Positions 16,078 to 25,461 of a DNA stretch of 42,829 nt are shown here, in pieces. The position numbers and the translations under genes were made by a program. How positions within the stretch are numbered: the first letter of the stretch is position 1; each line of letters begins with the position of its first letter. Under the pieces are notes generated by a model. The model was not told the origin of the DNA. It did no database searches and worked only from the letters and a program-made list of their open reading frames with translations. The stretch comes from a virus (Duplodnaviria > Caudoviricetes): IMG/VR virus record IMGVR_UViG_3300008255_000036, positions 1-42,829 of that record; one strand, written 5' to 3'.

Positions 16078-16491
16078 ATGTCAATCCATACATTAAAAAA
16101 TACACTTACAAAAGATATTCCAGGTGAAGGAAGAGCTGTTGTCTGTGAATGGATAGACATAGCACACGAGCAGAACAATTATCGACGTATGAAATGTATA
16201 TTCTCTATGTTGGATGAATGGCGACGTATCAATAACCATCAAAATTATGCTGTATGGTGGGCTATCAAAAAGCTCAAATCCGGGAGAACTTTTGAGGACG
16301 TAGCAAAAAGCTGGGATGGTGACGGAAATTACTTTGTCAGCATCGGTATTGGACCTGGTTTTTTGGACAGTGATGAAAATATCCATAGAGAAACAATAGG
16401 CGTAAAAATATATGGTCTGGGAATTAAAACATTTAATGGTAGAAATATATTCACAGAGGCAAAACGTGTGATCGAGCAAAAAAATAAATAA
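16078..16491 (+). CDS. Hypothetical protein (137 aa)
   Basis: Packed ORF. Confidence 0.6.
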   Translation: MSIHTLKNTLTKDIPGEGRAVVCEWIDIAHEQNNYRRMKCIFSMLDEWRRINNHQNYAVWWAIKKLKSGRTFEDVAKSWDGDGNYFVSIGIGPGFLDSDENIHRETIGVKIYGLGIKTFNGRNIFTEAKRVIEQKNK

Positions 16492-16498
16492 GTAGCCT

Positions 16499-17155
16499 AT
16501 GAAAAATAAATACCACCCAGGAAAACTCAAAACATTCATTGAAGCGGTGCTACAAATAGAACGTAACCAACCTAGTTTGAGCCCGGACTTTGTCCTTACA
16601 CAAATGGCTCAGTGGTACCCTGAACTAAAAAAAATATCACGGTGCCCTAATTGCAACGGAAGCATGCAAATGTACGTGTTCAAGTTTGATGTCCTCGATG
16701 CACTCCTCTTGATCGCAATGGCTGAACAGGTGAGCGAACGCTCAAAAACAATGAACTTTACCGAAGCAAACAAAGTCCATGTCCAAAGCATGGAGTCTTC
16801 AGCCTACGCAGTGCGGAGTCGAACGACGCAGTGCCGGATGTTGGGCCTTGTTGCCAAGGTGAAGAACGAAAAAGGTCGACACGTGGGAGGTATGTGGTCA
16901 ATTACCTCACGAGGATGGGCTGCCCTTCTCGGAGATTGGGTCCCTGCTGAAGTGCTCACATTTCAAAATGAAATTGTCGAGCGCAGCGAGAAGGTAACAA
17001 CCATAGATCAAGCACTCAAAAGCCATGTGCAGAAGGTGCAGGATCAACAGTCAGAAGGGAAGACACCCACCTCGGATTATACACAAATTATTCATCGTTT
17101 CTCCCAATTTGATTGGGTACAATTTGGAGAAATGGATCAAGGAAAATTATTATGA
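16499..17155 (+). CDS. Hypothetical protein with CxxC and possible winged helix (218 aa)
   Basis: CPNC; CRMLGLV...GMWSITSRG wing-like segment. Confidence 0.6.
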   Translation: MKNKYHPGKLKTFIEAVLQIERNQPSLSPDFVLTQMAQWYPELKKISRCPNCNGSMQMYVFKFDVLDALLLIAMAEQVSERSKTMNFTEANKVHVQSMESSAYAVRSRTTQCRMLGLVAKVKNEKGRHVGGMWSITSRGWAALLGDWVPAEVLTFQNEIVERSEKVTTIDQALKSHVQKVQDQQSEGKTPTSDYTQIIHRFSQFDWVQFGEMDQGKLL

Positions 17156-17553
17156 AAGATGTAATCTATCTAGTGGTAAATAGGCAGGGTGTTCAGTCCA
17201 TGAGAAAAAGTTTGGTTGACGTGAAGAGGGGTGAGATATGCGTTAAACTTCACGTAGATGTCACCAATGATGCGTTCACACCACCGGTACTGGAACAACA
17301 TGTTGCCATTGATACTTGGCATGGTGGTGTCGACATTGAAGATGTGCAATTCAATCAAAATGTCATCACAGAAGAAGAAGCAAAGATTATCAAGGAAAAA
17401 CGGATTCAAAAGATGAGGTTGATTTTGGAAAAACAGGGGTATAAAATTGAAAAACCTTGTCAAAAATGCGGAACAGACGATGCTATAATTGATTGTCCAA
17501 AATGTGAAAAAGCTTTCTGTGATCCATGTTCAATAAATCATTCATGTAACTAA
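17152..17553 (+). CDS. Hypothetical protein with C-terminal zinc finger (133 aa)
   Basis: ATGA overlap with the upstream gene; CQKC..CPKC..CDPC. Confidence 0.65.
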   Translation: MKDVIYLVVNRQGVQSMRKSLVDVKRGEICVKLHVDVTNDAFTPPVLEQHVAIDTWHGGVDIEDVQFNQNVITEEEAKIIKEKRIQKMRLILEKQGYKIEKPCQKCGTDDAIIDCPKCEKAFCDPCSINHSCN

Positions 17554-17557
17554 AAAT

Positions 17558-17911
17558 ATGCAAGACCTACAGGAAGTTTTCAATCGAATACAGAAGAACA
17601 AGGAGAAGCTCAAAGATCTCAAGGGCGCATTCACTGAGGCACTGAAAAGCTCAGAATCCTACGTGGAAGCAGCGGAAGCCGTAAAAGTGGTAAAGGAGAA
17701 GCAGAAACGTATAGAGAAGGAATTGAAGCAACACTTTTCTGGTGAGTTCACACAAATGGAAGATTTGAAGATTGATATTGCAAGTGACCAGGAGGTGCTC
17801 AACGATATTGCCATAACCATGGTAATGAAAGGAGAGGGAGTATCTATTGTAGACAAGTACGAAAACGAATACGAGCCGCTCTTTAAGATAAACTTTAAGA
17901 AGGTAAAATAG
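17558..17911 (+). CDS. Coiled-coil protein resembling a conserved Parcubacteria hypothetical (117 aa)
   Basis: MQDLQEVFNRIQ...DLKIDIASD...DIA...KGE.V...D.YENEYEP.F...FKK; recalled family, not searched. Confidence 0.65.
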   Translation: MQDLQEVFNRIQKNKEKLKDLKGAFTEALKSSESYVEAAEAVKVVKEKQKRIEKELKQHFSGEFTQMEDLKIDIASDQEVLNDIAITMVMKGEGVSIVDKYENEYEPLFKINFKKVK

Positions 17912-17913
17912 TT

Positions 17914-18042
17914 ATGAAGAGCTCAACAAAAATACACTGGGCCATTGATCTGGTACTTGTGCTGATATTCCTAGCAATGGAGGCTCACATATTTTTCAAG
18001 GTCAACGAAATACTTTCAATTGTTGAAACAATAGCAAAGTAA
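17914..18042 (+). CDS. Small membrane peptide (42 aa)
   Basis: Fills the gap exactly; hydrophobic WAIDLVLVLIFLAM. Confidence 0.5.
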   Translation: MKSSTKIHWAIDLVLVLIFLAMEAHIFFKVNEILSIVETIAK

Positions 18043-18045
18043 CCT

Positions 18046-18339
18046 ATGAAATCTCCAAAAATATCCCCTATAAGCAGACAAGCGATTTTAGTGAGTCATG
18101 AATACATCGAGAATATCTCGCGCATTGCTGAAGAACTCATGAAAGAAGCACAACTAAATAAAGTTGGTATGCACATCAAAGTATACGAAAAAATACATTA
18201 CCTTTCCGTGTATATCAATGCACTCGAAGAATCAGCGAACTTATTAAAACATCATAACATGGACACATATGTCGGAGAAGCAAAACGAGGAAAGTACACC
18301 GAAAGAAAAACAAAAGGTCAAGAAACCAAAACCATTTAA
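18046..18339 (+). CDS. Hypothetical protein (97 aa)
   Basis: CCTATG start; 3' end overlaps def by 71 nt. Confidence 0.5.
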   Translation: MKSPKISPISRQAILVSHEYIENISRIAEELMKEAQLNKVGMHIKVYEKIHYLSVYINALEESANLLKHHNMDTYVGEAKRGKYTERKTKGQETKTI

Positions 18340-18799
18340 TTCAGAGGATCATCTCGTAAAACCACACCGGAAAAAGTCTCGAGAGGTGGTGGAATCAGAC
18401 GTAGATCGCGTGCTCGACAGTGCAAAGATCATGCTCACTATTTGCCGGTTGCCTGTTGGAGTAAAAGAGGGAGGGCGTGCCCTTGCTCATTGCCAAATCG
18501 ACGATCAAGACCCACTCAGATTCTTCGTCCTTCGTGATGGTGCTATCGTGATCAATCCTGTAATCATACGCCATACCAAACACAAAGACCTGAAGCCTGA
18601 AGGGTGCCTTACCTATCCGTGGGAAAAAAAAGATGCCCATGTTGGAAGACATTACAAAGTGACGATTGAATATCAGTCACTTACTCCCGAGAAAAAACTC
18701 ACTGAAAAACGTGAGATGAATCTCAAAGGGCTTGCCGCCCAAATTACTCAACATGAGATCGACCACATGGAAGCAATCTATGTGTTTGATAATCAATAA
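18269..18799 (+). CDS. def: Peptide deformylase-like protein (176 aa)
   Basis: EGCLTYP and QHEIDH motifs; motif 1 divergent (GGRALAHCQ versus GxGxAAxQ). Confidence 0.85.
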   Translation: MSEKQNEESTPKEKQKVKKPKPFNSEDHLVKPHRKKSREVVESDVDRVLDSAKIMLTICRLPVGVKEGGRALAHCQIDDQDPLRFFVLRDGAIVINPVIIRHTKHKDLKPEGCLTYPWEKKDAHVGRHYKVTIEYQSLTPEKKLTEKREMNLKGLAAQITQHEIDHMEAIYVFDNQ

Positions 18800-18806
18800 T
18801 TTTCAT

Positions 18807-18974
18807 ATGTATAACGACAAAGAAGACAAAGAAATCAAATGTGCATGCGGTGAGACATTCCTATTCACTGCCGGGGAACAGTCATTTTTTGAGCAACGGG
18901 GACTTGCTGAACCAAAAAGATGCAAATCTTGCCGAGCAGAAAGACGAAGACAACAACAACAAGAAGAAAATTAA
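18807..18974 (+). CDS. Zinc-ribbon protein, zf-trcl-like (55 aa)
   Basis: DKEIKCACGETFLFTAGEQSFFEQRGLAEPKRCKSCR. Confidence 0.8.
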   Translation: MYNDKEDKEIKCACGETFLFTAGEQSFFEQRGLAEPKRCKSCRAERRRQQQQEEN

Positions 18975-19021
18975 ACAACAATAATTAACTGTGATATACT
19001 ATAGCAATAAATATCTATAGT

Positions 19022-19402
19022 ATGTCACTCACCCTCACACTTCACGGGCGCGTTCCATCCAAAAAAAACAGTAAACAATGGATCATACGCGGTGGAAAAA
19101 AGTTTCTTGTACCAAGCAAGAACCACGCAGCATGGCTTGATACTACCTTATGGGAAATCATGAGCCAGCGACCAAAGAAAGGTATTGAGAGATGTGGTAT
19201 CGATATGGTGTTTTACATGCCTGATAATCGTATTTCTGACCTTTCAAACAAAGCGGAGTCCATTATGGACGCGCTCGTAGATGCCGGGGTGATCATTGAC
19301 GATCGTTGGCAAGTAGTTCGACCACTCAATCTTGATTGTGTAGGTGTGGATAAAAAAGACCCTAGAGTCGTCGTCACCATAACCGAGTATGATTCACTTT
19401 GA
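19022..19402 (+). CDS. rusA: RusA-family Holliday junction resolvase (126 aa)
   Basis: GRVPSKKN...DLSNKAESIMDAL...IIDDR...DPRVVVTI. Confidence 0.85.
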   Translation: MSLTLTLHGRVPSKKNSKQWIIRGGKKFLVPSKNHAAWLDTTLWEIMSQRPKKGIERCGIDMVFYMPDNRISDLSNKAESIMDALVDAGVIIDDRWQVVRPLNLDCVGVDKKDPRVVVTITEYDSL

Positions 19403-19592
19403 TAAACTGCTCAGGAATGGTGATATTATTTGCGATGAATGTGGAACAGAAAAAAACTTTTATGCTGAATCATTCAGGGGAATTGTCGGAGACGCAATGG
19501 CCTGTGGATGGTGGGTAGAAAAGGATGACGAGACAAACAAATGGTATCACTACTGCACTGAATGCAGAAGAAAATTAAAAACCTATGCCTAA
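19389..19592 (+). CDS. Small zinc-binding protein (67 aa)
   Basis: CDEC...GW...HYCTEC. Confidence 0.65.
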   Translation: MIHFDKLLRNGDIICDECGTEKNFYAESFRGIVGDAMACGWWVEKDDETNKWYHYCTECRRKLKTYA

Positions 19593-19929
19593 TCCAAAAT
19601 ACGACAATTTTGTCCTGGTATTTGCGGGAAACCGTAAAGAGTTCAAGACGTATATACAAATGCTCATTGAAAAAGAATGGGTATTGAGGTTTGACATCCT
19701 ATCGAGCAACACCGCGATGATAGGAACAAGCCGAGGGAAGTTGGTCCTCTTTCGCTATGTAGCAAAAGAAGGAGACCATATTGGTGCGAAGTTCAAAGAT
19801 CCACGGACAGAGGTTGTCACCACCGGAACATGGTTTAATCACAAATGGATCGCTAACACGCTTGAAAGATTACGGGATATGTACCCTGATCTCAAGTTCA
19901 AAAGCGCATACATTAAAACCAAATCATAA
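19585..19929 (+). CDS. Hypothetical protein (114 aa)
   Basis: Packed ORF. Confidence 0.6.
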   Translation: MPNPKYDNFVLVFAGNRKEFKTYIQMLIEKEWVLRFDILSSNTAMIGTSRGKLVLFRYVAKEGDHIGAKFKDPRTEVVTTGTWFNHKWIANTLERLRDMYPDLKFKSAYIKTKS

Positions 19930-19933
19930 CCAT

Positions 19934-20215
19934 ATGCCACAAATGACCAAAGAGGATTGGCTCGCAACCATCAGAAAAAAACTCATAGGAACACTCCCTC
20001 CACACATTGTCGTTGATGAAAACTTTGGTGTGTCTACTTTCCTAAAAGTTGAGTTTGTAAATAAAAAATGGATCGTTGGATACTACTATCAGGCGTACAA
20101 TGGAAGTGAACCTAGTATAAAGACGAAATCAAAAAGCCTGTTCAAAGCGGTATGGAAGACTCACAAAAAAATCCTGTCACTATGCCGTTATTCATCAGGA
20201 GAATTGCCATTCTAG
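19934..20215 (+). CDS. Hypothetical protein (93 aa)
   Basis: CATATG start at 19934. Confidence 0.55.
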   Translation: MPQMTKEDWLATIRKKLIGTLPPHIVVDENFGVSTFLKVEFVNKKWIVGYYYQAYNGSEPSIKTKSKSLFKAVWKTHKKILSLCRYSSGELPF

Positions 20216-20565
20216 CAATTTTCGTTTTGTATGGTATTTCTGTTGCTCCCTTGGAGATACATAAAGATCCGTACACCACAATTTATGAGGTAAAAAGCGC
20301 TGCCCCTCCAACAGTAGAGGAGATGATTATTCAGTACGCGAATCAATATGGTGTGCCGGTGCATCTTGCAATGAGAGTTGCTGATTGTGAAAGCAATTTT
20401 GACCCATTGGCACGAAATCCAGCATCAACAGCAAAAGGTGTCTATCAGTTCATTGACTCAACATGGGCAGGATACTGTGATGGAAATGTGCTGGACGCAG
20501 AAGATAATATCCAATGTTTTATGCAGTTGTACCCTCATTATCGACAATGGTGGGTATGTAAGTAG
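20182..20565 (+). CDS. Lytic transglycosylase/lysozyme-like protein with N-terminal signal or TM helix
   Basis: VADCESNFDPLARN...AKGVYQFIDSTW SLT motifs; hydrophobic IAILAIFVLYGISVA; start could be 20152. Confidence 0.75.
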   Translation: MPLFIRRIAILAIFVLYGISVAPLEIHKDPYTTIYEVKSAAPPTVEEMIIQYANQYGVPVHLAMRVADCESNFDPLARNPASTAKGVYQFIDSTWAGYCDGNVLDAEDNIQCFMQLYPHYRQWWVCK

Positions 20566-20585
20566 AAAATAGGGTAAATACGCTC

Positions 20586-20614
20586 TTGCAATGTATACAA
20601 TAGCGTGTTATATT
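20586..20614 (+). promoter_or_regulatory. Promoter of the recombination module
   Basis: TTGCAA-N17-TATATT with extended -10 TG. Confidence 0.55.
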
Positions 20615-20641
20615 AAATAATAAGTAACTTTAATAACACCT

Positions 20642-21559
20642 ATGTTGGTAGAAATACTCGATAAAGTAGCCGTCGATGAGCGTGAAGAACGGTACGGGGA
20701 TAAGAAAAAAACAACATTTTGGTGTTCTGAGTCCGAAAAAATGGACTTTGATATTTATCACCAATTCAAAGGTACCACCGTTACGAATCCGATAACCGGA
20801 GAAAAGCTGATCATGCTGCAAATGAGAAAGCTGACTGAGCAAGCGATCGTGGATTTTGTACGGAAAGAAGGTATCCTCATCGAGGAATACGCAAATGACA
20901 AGAGATGTTTCTTTGAATGGGGAGAGCACAAAGTGCCAATATCAGGATACCCGGACCTTGCAATTACCGGTACTGCATTTGGAAAAGCTCTCGTAGAAAT
21001 AAAAACATATTACGGAGATAGAAACCAGGCCGAGGTGAGCGCCGGGCGCGTGAAGATGTCGTACATGGTTCAGCTTGCAATATACATGTACTACTTCAAG
21101 TTCAAGCACGGCATTCTATTCATGATCAACCAAGGGACCGGACAAAAATATGAGTACGATTTATATCAAGATGAGAATGATGAGTACATGTTCCACTGCC
21201 CGGATAACGAAATCACTTTTGATCTTCGTACGACATTCAAGAAGTGGGAAAATGTATGGGTAAACTACGTGCAGAAAGACATTGAGCCCCCAATTGAATA
21301 CCAATACAAGTACGACATCGAAACGCTTGATTGGGAAACAATCCCAGCAAGCAAAATATCGAAAGCCCGGACAAATAAGGCAGTAATCGGAGATTGGCAA
21401 GTGCTGTACTCTGATTTCAAAGATCTTATTGTGGAAAGGCAAGGCACACATCTCGGATATAATAACCAAGAGATAGAGCGCATTAAAGAACTTACTAAAG
21501 GATATTCTAAGCGAGCGAAAAAAGGAGAAGTCCGCTTTGATCCATCCGTCCTAACATAA
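20642..21559 (+). CDS. PD-(D/E)XK nuclease, RecB/Cas4-like exonuclease fold (305 aa)
   Basis: ISGYPD...LVEIKT...QLAIY. Confidence 0.75.
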   Translation: MLVEILDKVAVDEREERYGDKKKTTFWCSESEKMDFDIYHQFKGTTVTNPITGEKLIMLQMRKLTEQAIVDFVRKEGILIEEYANDKRCFFEWGEHKVPISGYPDLAITGTAFGKALVEIKTYYGDRNQAEVSAGRVKMSYMVQLAIYMYYFKFKHGILFMINQGTGQKYEYDLYQDENDEYMFHCPDNEITFDLRTTFKKWENVWVNYVQKDIEPPIEYQYKYDIETLDWETIPASKISKARTNKAVIGDWQVLYSDFKDLIVERQGTHLGYNNQEIERIKELTKGYSKRAKKGEVRFDPSVLT

Positions 21560-21563
21560 TCCT

Positions 21564-21833
21564 ATGAGCAATCGTTCAAGAAATCGAACAGAGAAAGAAC
21601 GCAAATCACTCAAGTTACGAAGAGAAGATCGTACTGACTTGCTAGAATATAAAAAAGCGAAGGTACAGTTCCGCGAACAGATGTCAAAGAAAGTTCGAGA
21701 GGTCCCGACATGTGAGCGTGCCGGATGCAACAACCTTTGTAATAATCACGTAGATCCGTTTGGCATGCAAATAGTACGTTTCTGCTCGAAAATGTGCAGA
21801 CTGGCTCGACATAATGCAAAAATGTATGCCTGA
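21564..21833 (+). CDS. Basic Cys-containing hypothetical protein (89 aa)
   Basis: CERAGC...FCSKMCR. Confidence 0.6.
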   Translation: MSNRSRNRTEKERKSLKLRREDRTDLLEYKKAKVQFREQMSKKVREVPTCERAGCNNLCNNHVDPFGMQIVRFCSKMCRLARHNAKMYA

Positions 21834-22062
21834 AAAAAAAGAATTACGGATTGACCGTAAGCCAGTAAACTCAACCAACATTGTGTCAGTCGGATATGAT
21901 GATCCAACAAATACGTTGGATGTAGAGTTCTATAGTGGGACATTGTATCGATATGCAGATGTTCCAAGAAACGTCTATGAGCGTTTGATCAGTGCTGAGT
22001 CAGTCGGATCATTCTTTCAGCAAAACGTAAAAAAAACATTCCAATATAAACGAATTGTATAA
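21826..22062 (+). CDS. KTSC domain protein (78 aa)
   Basis: PVNSTNIVSVGYD...LDVEF..G..YRY.DVP..VY..L..A.SVG.FF. Confidence 0.85.
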   Translation: MPEKKELRIDRKPVNSTNIVSVGYDDPTNTLDVEFYSGTLYRYADVPRNVYERLISAESVGSFFQQNVKKTFQYKRIV

Positions 22063-22066
22063 TCCT

Positions 22067-22474
22067 ATGTTTAATAAAAAAAAGCGTATGCAAAAAGTAG
22101 ACCCACCAAAAAGAGAACCAATGTTCGATCCAAACATGATAAATAAAGTGTTTGAAAAATTATCTGAAGAAGATTTGGATTCTATCGTTTCAATGATTTC
22201 AAATGGAGATACACACATTGTCATTGGAATGGATTTCGCAAAAGGAAAATCAGAATCAGTAACCGTTCCTCTCATAATAAATCCTGGAAACAACCACGCA
22301 GAGATTTTTTCATGGGATCCAAAACGTGGACTTATATCTCCACTACTAGAAATGAAAGAAAAAGAGGAGGAAGAAAAAAAGGTAAAACTTGCAAACGATA
22401 TTGTAAATCACTTTTTTAATCTAGGTGCTCGGGTCGGACATAGCGACTTTGAGTTCGTAAAGGATAGACTATGA
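22067..22474 (+). CDS. Hypothetical protein (135 aa)
   Basis: CCTATG start; ATGA overlap with the next gene. Confidence 0.6.
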   Translation: MFNKKKRMQKVDPPKREPMFDPNMINKVFEKLSEEDLDSIVSMISNGDTHIVIGMDFAKGKSESVTVPLIINPGNNHAEIFSWDPKRGLISPLLEMKEKEEEEKKVKLANDIVNHFFNLGARVGHSDFEFVKDRL

Positions 22475-23667
22475 AAATCATCGGACTACAATCAAATAAC
22501 ATCAAACGCTTGAAAGCAGTGACGCTTGCCATCGATGAGAAAGATAATCTCGTGATCGTCAGTGGAAAAAATGCTCAAGGAAAAACATCACTTTTGGATT
22601 CAATTTGGATGGCACTAGGCGGCACCAAAGCAATCCCTGACAAACCAATTAGAGATGGTGAGGAGAGTGCAGACATCACACTGGACATAAAGGGAGAAAA
22701 ACTCTCTTTCAAAGTACATCGATCATTCACCGAAAAAGCATCATACCTCACGGTAACGAATGAGCAAGGGGCAAAATACAGTAACCCCCAAGAGATGTTG
22801 AACCACCTTATCGGGAACCTCACCTTTGACCCTCTCGAGTTCACCCGTCTTGCAAACAAAGAGCAAGTCGCACAACTCATGCAACTTACCGGACTCAACT
22901 TTGATGAAACAGACAAAGAAATCAAAGAGCTGAGAGAAGAACGCACGATGGTTGGACGGGAAGGAAAAACATTCACGGCGCTTGATGGGGAAGCTCTCGA
23001 GCAAGTACAAAAACTTGCGGCCACTGAAGAAGTTTCCATTGCTCAGATGAGTACAAAATATCAAGAGCTATCGAAACAAAAACAGGAGCATGATCAAGGG
23101 CAACGAAGACTGGTAGAAATTGATGAACAGATGAAAAAACTGGTTGCCGAAAAAGAATATATCCTATCGCTGGAAGCGCCAAAGGAAGATCCTGAAAGTG
23201 TGAAGGCTCAGATCGATAATGCGGATGAAACGAATAAAGCGATCCGGGAAGCAAAATCAAAACTTGAGAGTCATACAAAACATTCTGAGAAAAAGTCGGA
23301 ATATGAAGGGCTCACAAGTAAGATTCAAGAAAAAGAGGAAGGGAAAAAGAAAGCGCTCGCTGAATCCAAAATGCCTATCAATGGATTAGCATGGGATGAT
23401 GAGGGGGTGAAATACAATGATATTCCTTTCAATCAATTATCAGGTGCTGAACAGTTGAAGGTATCTATGGCAATTGCTATGGCCTCCAATCCGCATATGC
23501 GCGTGATATTGATCAAGGATGGTTCATTGCTCGATAAAGATAACCTGAGCGTCATCGAATCCATGGCCAAGGAAAAAGATTTCCAAATATGGATGGAAGT
23601 GGTAAGTGACTCAGGAGAGGTCGGTATCTACATCGAGGACGGAGAAATTAAAAATAATAATCAATAG
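22471..23667 (+). CDS. SMC/Rad50-like ABC ATPase with coiled coil (398 aa)
   Basis: Walker A GKNAQGKT, central coiled coil, signature LSGAEQ, Walker B-like ILIKDGSLLD. Confidence 0.85.
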   Translation: MKIIGLQSNNIKRLKAVTLAIDEKDNLVIVSGKNAQGKTSLLDSIWMALGGTKAIPDKPIRDGEESADITLDIKGEKLSFKVHRSFTEKASYLTVTNEQGAKYSNPQEMLNHLIGNLTFDPLEFTRLANKEQVAQLMQLTGLNFDETDKEIKELREERTMVGREGKTFTALDGEALEQVQKLAATEEVSIAQMSTKYQELSKQKQEHDQGQRRLVEIDEQMKKLVAEKEYILSLEAPKEDPESVKAQIDNADETNKAIREAKSKLESHTKHSEKKSEYEGLTSKIQEKEEGKKKALAESKMPINGLAWDDEGVKYNDIPFNQLSGAEQLKVSMAIAMASNPHMRVILIKDGSLLDKDNLSVIESMAKEKDFQIWMEVVSDSGEVGIYIEDGEIKNNNQ

Positions 23668-23676
23668 CATGTTTAT

Positions 23677-24063
23677 ATGAACAAACCAATCATTCTGATC
23701 ATCGAGGAAAACGCTGATGGCGTTACCAAAAGACGAGCAGAGTTCATGAAAAATCATGTGCTCTATAGCGATGACTTTGTAGAAACAAATGATGCTCGCT
23801 ATTACGTCCGGTCGATGTCAGTAAACATTGACATGGACAAAATACTCATTCCACCTCCTGAAGGTTTGGTAGCAAAATACGAAATCGAAGGATTCATAAA
23901 AGGGATGGAGAAAAAACTCGAGGACATTAAAAAAATTGCCGGGTACAAACCAGGAAATGTGCAAAGCACTCCACCCCCTGAGTTTGGTCTAACAGCGCCA
24001 CCAATGGCAGCTCCGGTAGCCCCACCAGTAGGAGGAACTTCAATCAGCGGCCAAGCCGTATAA
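23677..24063 (+). CDS. Hypothetical protein with Pro-rich tail (128 aa)
   Basis: Packed ORF. Confidence 0.6.
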   Translation: MNKPIILIIEENADGVTKRRAEFMKNHVLYSDDFVETNDARYYVRSMSVNIDMDKILIPPPEGLVAKYEIEGFIKGMEKKLEDIKKIAGYKPGNVQSTPPPEFGLTAPPMAAPVAPPVGGTSISGQAV

Positions 24064-24073
24064 CATATTTTGT

Positions 24074-24523
24074 ATGAGATTTAGCGTACATCGAACACTC
24101 AGATTAAAAAACATCGACCAAGTTCTTCCTGATGAAGAAGAACGAATCCAAGTAGAAGGTGCAGATAGTTTTGAAGAAGCTATACAAACACTTGATCAGA
24201 AAGTACGAGAACGAATGTCCGTTTGGAAACAGTCTGCGGAATCATTCAAAGCGTCATCAAATAAAGTTGAACAACCAGCACAAAAAAATCCTGAACAAGG
24301 ACAAGTGAGTGTAGAGACTACTCAAGTTGATGCACCTGTGGCAGAAACACCCGCCGCACCTGCTCCTGCTCCTGAGGCTCCACAAAATACAGAAGCACCG
24401 GCACAAGCCTCTGCTCCTGAAACAACCGTCGGACTGGAATCTGCTGCGCCTGCGCAAGCCCCAGCACCGGCACCTGAAGCACAAGTGCCAACAGCACAAC
24501 CTTCAGCCGTTCAACCACAATAA
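24074..24523 (+). CDS. Hypothetical protein with Ala/Pro-rich disordered tail (149 aa)
   Basis: Packed ORF. Confidence 0.65.
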   Translation: MRFSVHRTLRLKNIDQVLPDEEERIQVEGADSFEEAIQTLDQKVRERMSVWKQSAESFKASSNKVEQPAQKNPEQGQVSVETTQVDAPVAETPAAPAPAPEAPQNTEAPAQASAPETTVGLESAAPAQAPAPAPEAQVPTAQPSAVQPQ

Positions 24524-24532
24524 TAATTTTAT

Positions 24533-24868
24533 ATGGACAAAGAATATCTCAAACCAAAAGAGGTCGCAGAGATGCTCGATGTTCACCCAATGACGGTATA
24601 CCGCATGATCAAAAGCGGGGCAATAAATGTCGTAACATTGCCTACGCCCACAAACAAAAAAAAGCGGTACCGCATCCACATTGCGGAAATCAATAATCTT
24701 CTAACCAAAAATAATTCATATGACGGAGATAGAGATCCCCAAAATCAAAAAGACCCAGGAAGTGGGGGAGATCCCATTCCAGCTCTTGGAGATCCAGGAG
24801 GAGATACTCCAAGGTTGGAACAAGAGGATCCGCAAGATGATGTACCTGTTCAACAGCCCTCTTGGTAA
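24533..24868 (+). CDS. Excisionase-like HTH_17 DNA-binding protein
   Basis: YLKPKEVAEMLDVHPMTVYRMIKSGAI...YRIH. Confidence 0.8.
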   Translation: MDKEYLKPKEVAEMLDVHPMTVYRMIKSGAINVVTLPTPTNKKKRYRIHIAEINNLLTKNNSYDGDRDPQNQKDPGSGGDPIPALGDPGGDTPRLEQEDPQDDVPVQQPSW

Positions 24869-25451
24869 TTGGGCCTACTACGATACAGGTTCAAATATGG
24901 TCGTGGAAATAGGTGAATGGAAGGATCGAGCAGCAAACATTGCAGGAGATTGGGTGAGCATGACAAAGTATTTTCGTATTGTAGTACAATTTCTGCAACC
25001 GGTGACATTCTCATTATGGGATGCAACCGAAAAAAAATTAGTTGATGCCAATACGGAAGTCGCAGTGCTCACAATTACAAAAACCGCCTATGATTATCTT
25101 GTGACCGCAAAAGAAGGGCGCCCACAAGAGTCCTGGTTCAGATTTTTGTACAAAGTTGTGAATAGAAAAAATGGACAAATGATCTATGTCAATGGCGTGG
25201 AATATGTTGATCCGGCAAATCTACCGAGTGTACCAAAACCTCGTATGGAATTGCCAAAGGAAGCTGTCCAGCCTGAACAACCATCTGCTCAGCCATCCAC
25301 TGTTACCTCCACCACAAAACAACCACCGAGTGATCTTGCGCCTAGCTTGCCTGATCAAAACGTAGTACAATCACCACAACCTACTACGCCACCAGTAGCA
25401 CAACCACCGGTGGCGCCAAGTGGCCCAGCATTACCAAACTTTTATCAATAA
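24720..25451 (+). CDS. Hypothetical protein, beta-rich with Pro-rich tail; possible ssDNA-binding protein (243 aa)
   Basis: CATATG start; the SSB idea rests only on position and architecture. Confidence 0.55.
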   Translation: MTEIEIPKIKKTQEVGEIPFQLLEIQEEILQGWNKRIRKMMYLFNSPLGNWAYYDTGSNMVVEIGEWKDRAANIAGDWVSMTKYFRIVVQFLQPVTFSLWDATEKKLVDANTEVAVLTITKTAYDYLVTAKEGRPQESWFRFLYKVVNRKNGQMIYVNGVEYVDPANLPSVPKPRMELPKEAVQPEQPSAQPSTVTSTTKQPPSDLAPSLPDQNVVQSPQPTTPPVAQPPVAPSGPALPNFYQ

Positions 25452-25461
25452 ACTTATTTGT

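Noticed and set aside
20642-21559. Cas4 of a CRISPR system
   Set aside because: No four-Cys Fe-S pattern is evident and there are no other cas genes; the context is a phage recombination module
24533-24868. Prophage integration/excision module
   Set aside because: The HTH is excisionase-like, but no tyrosine or serine integrase, repressor pair or host flank is present
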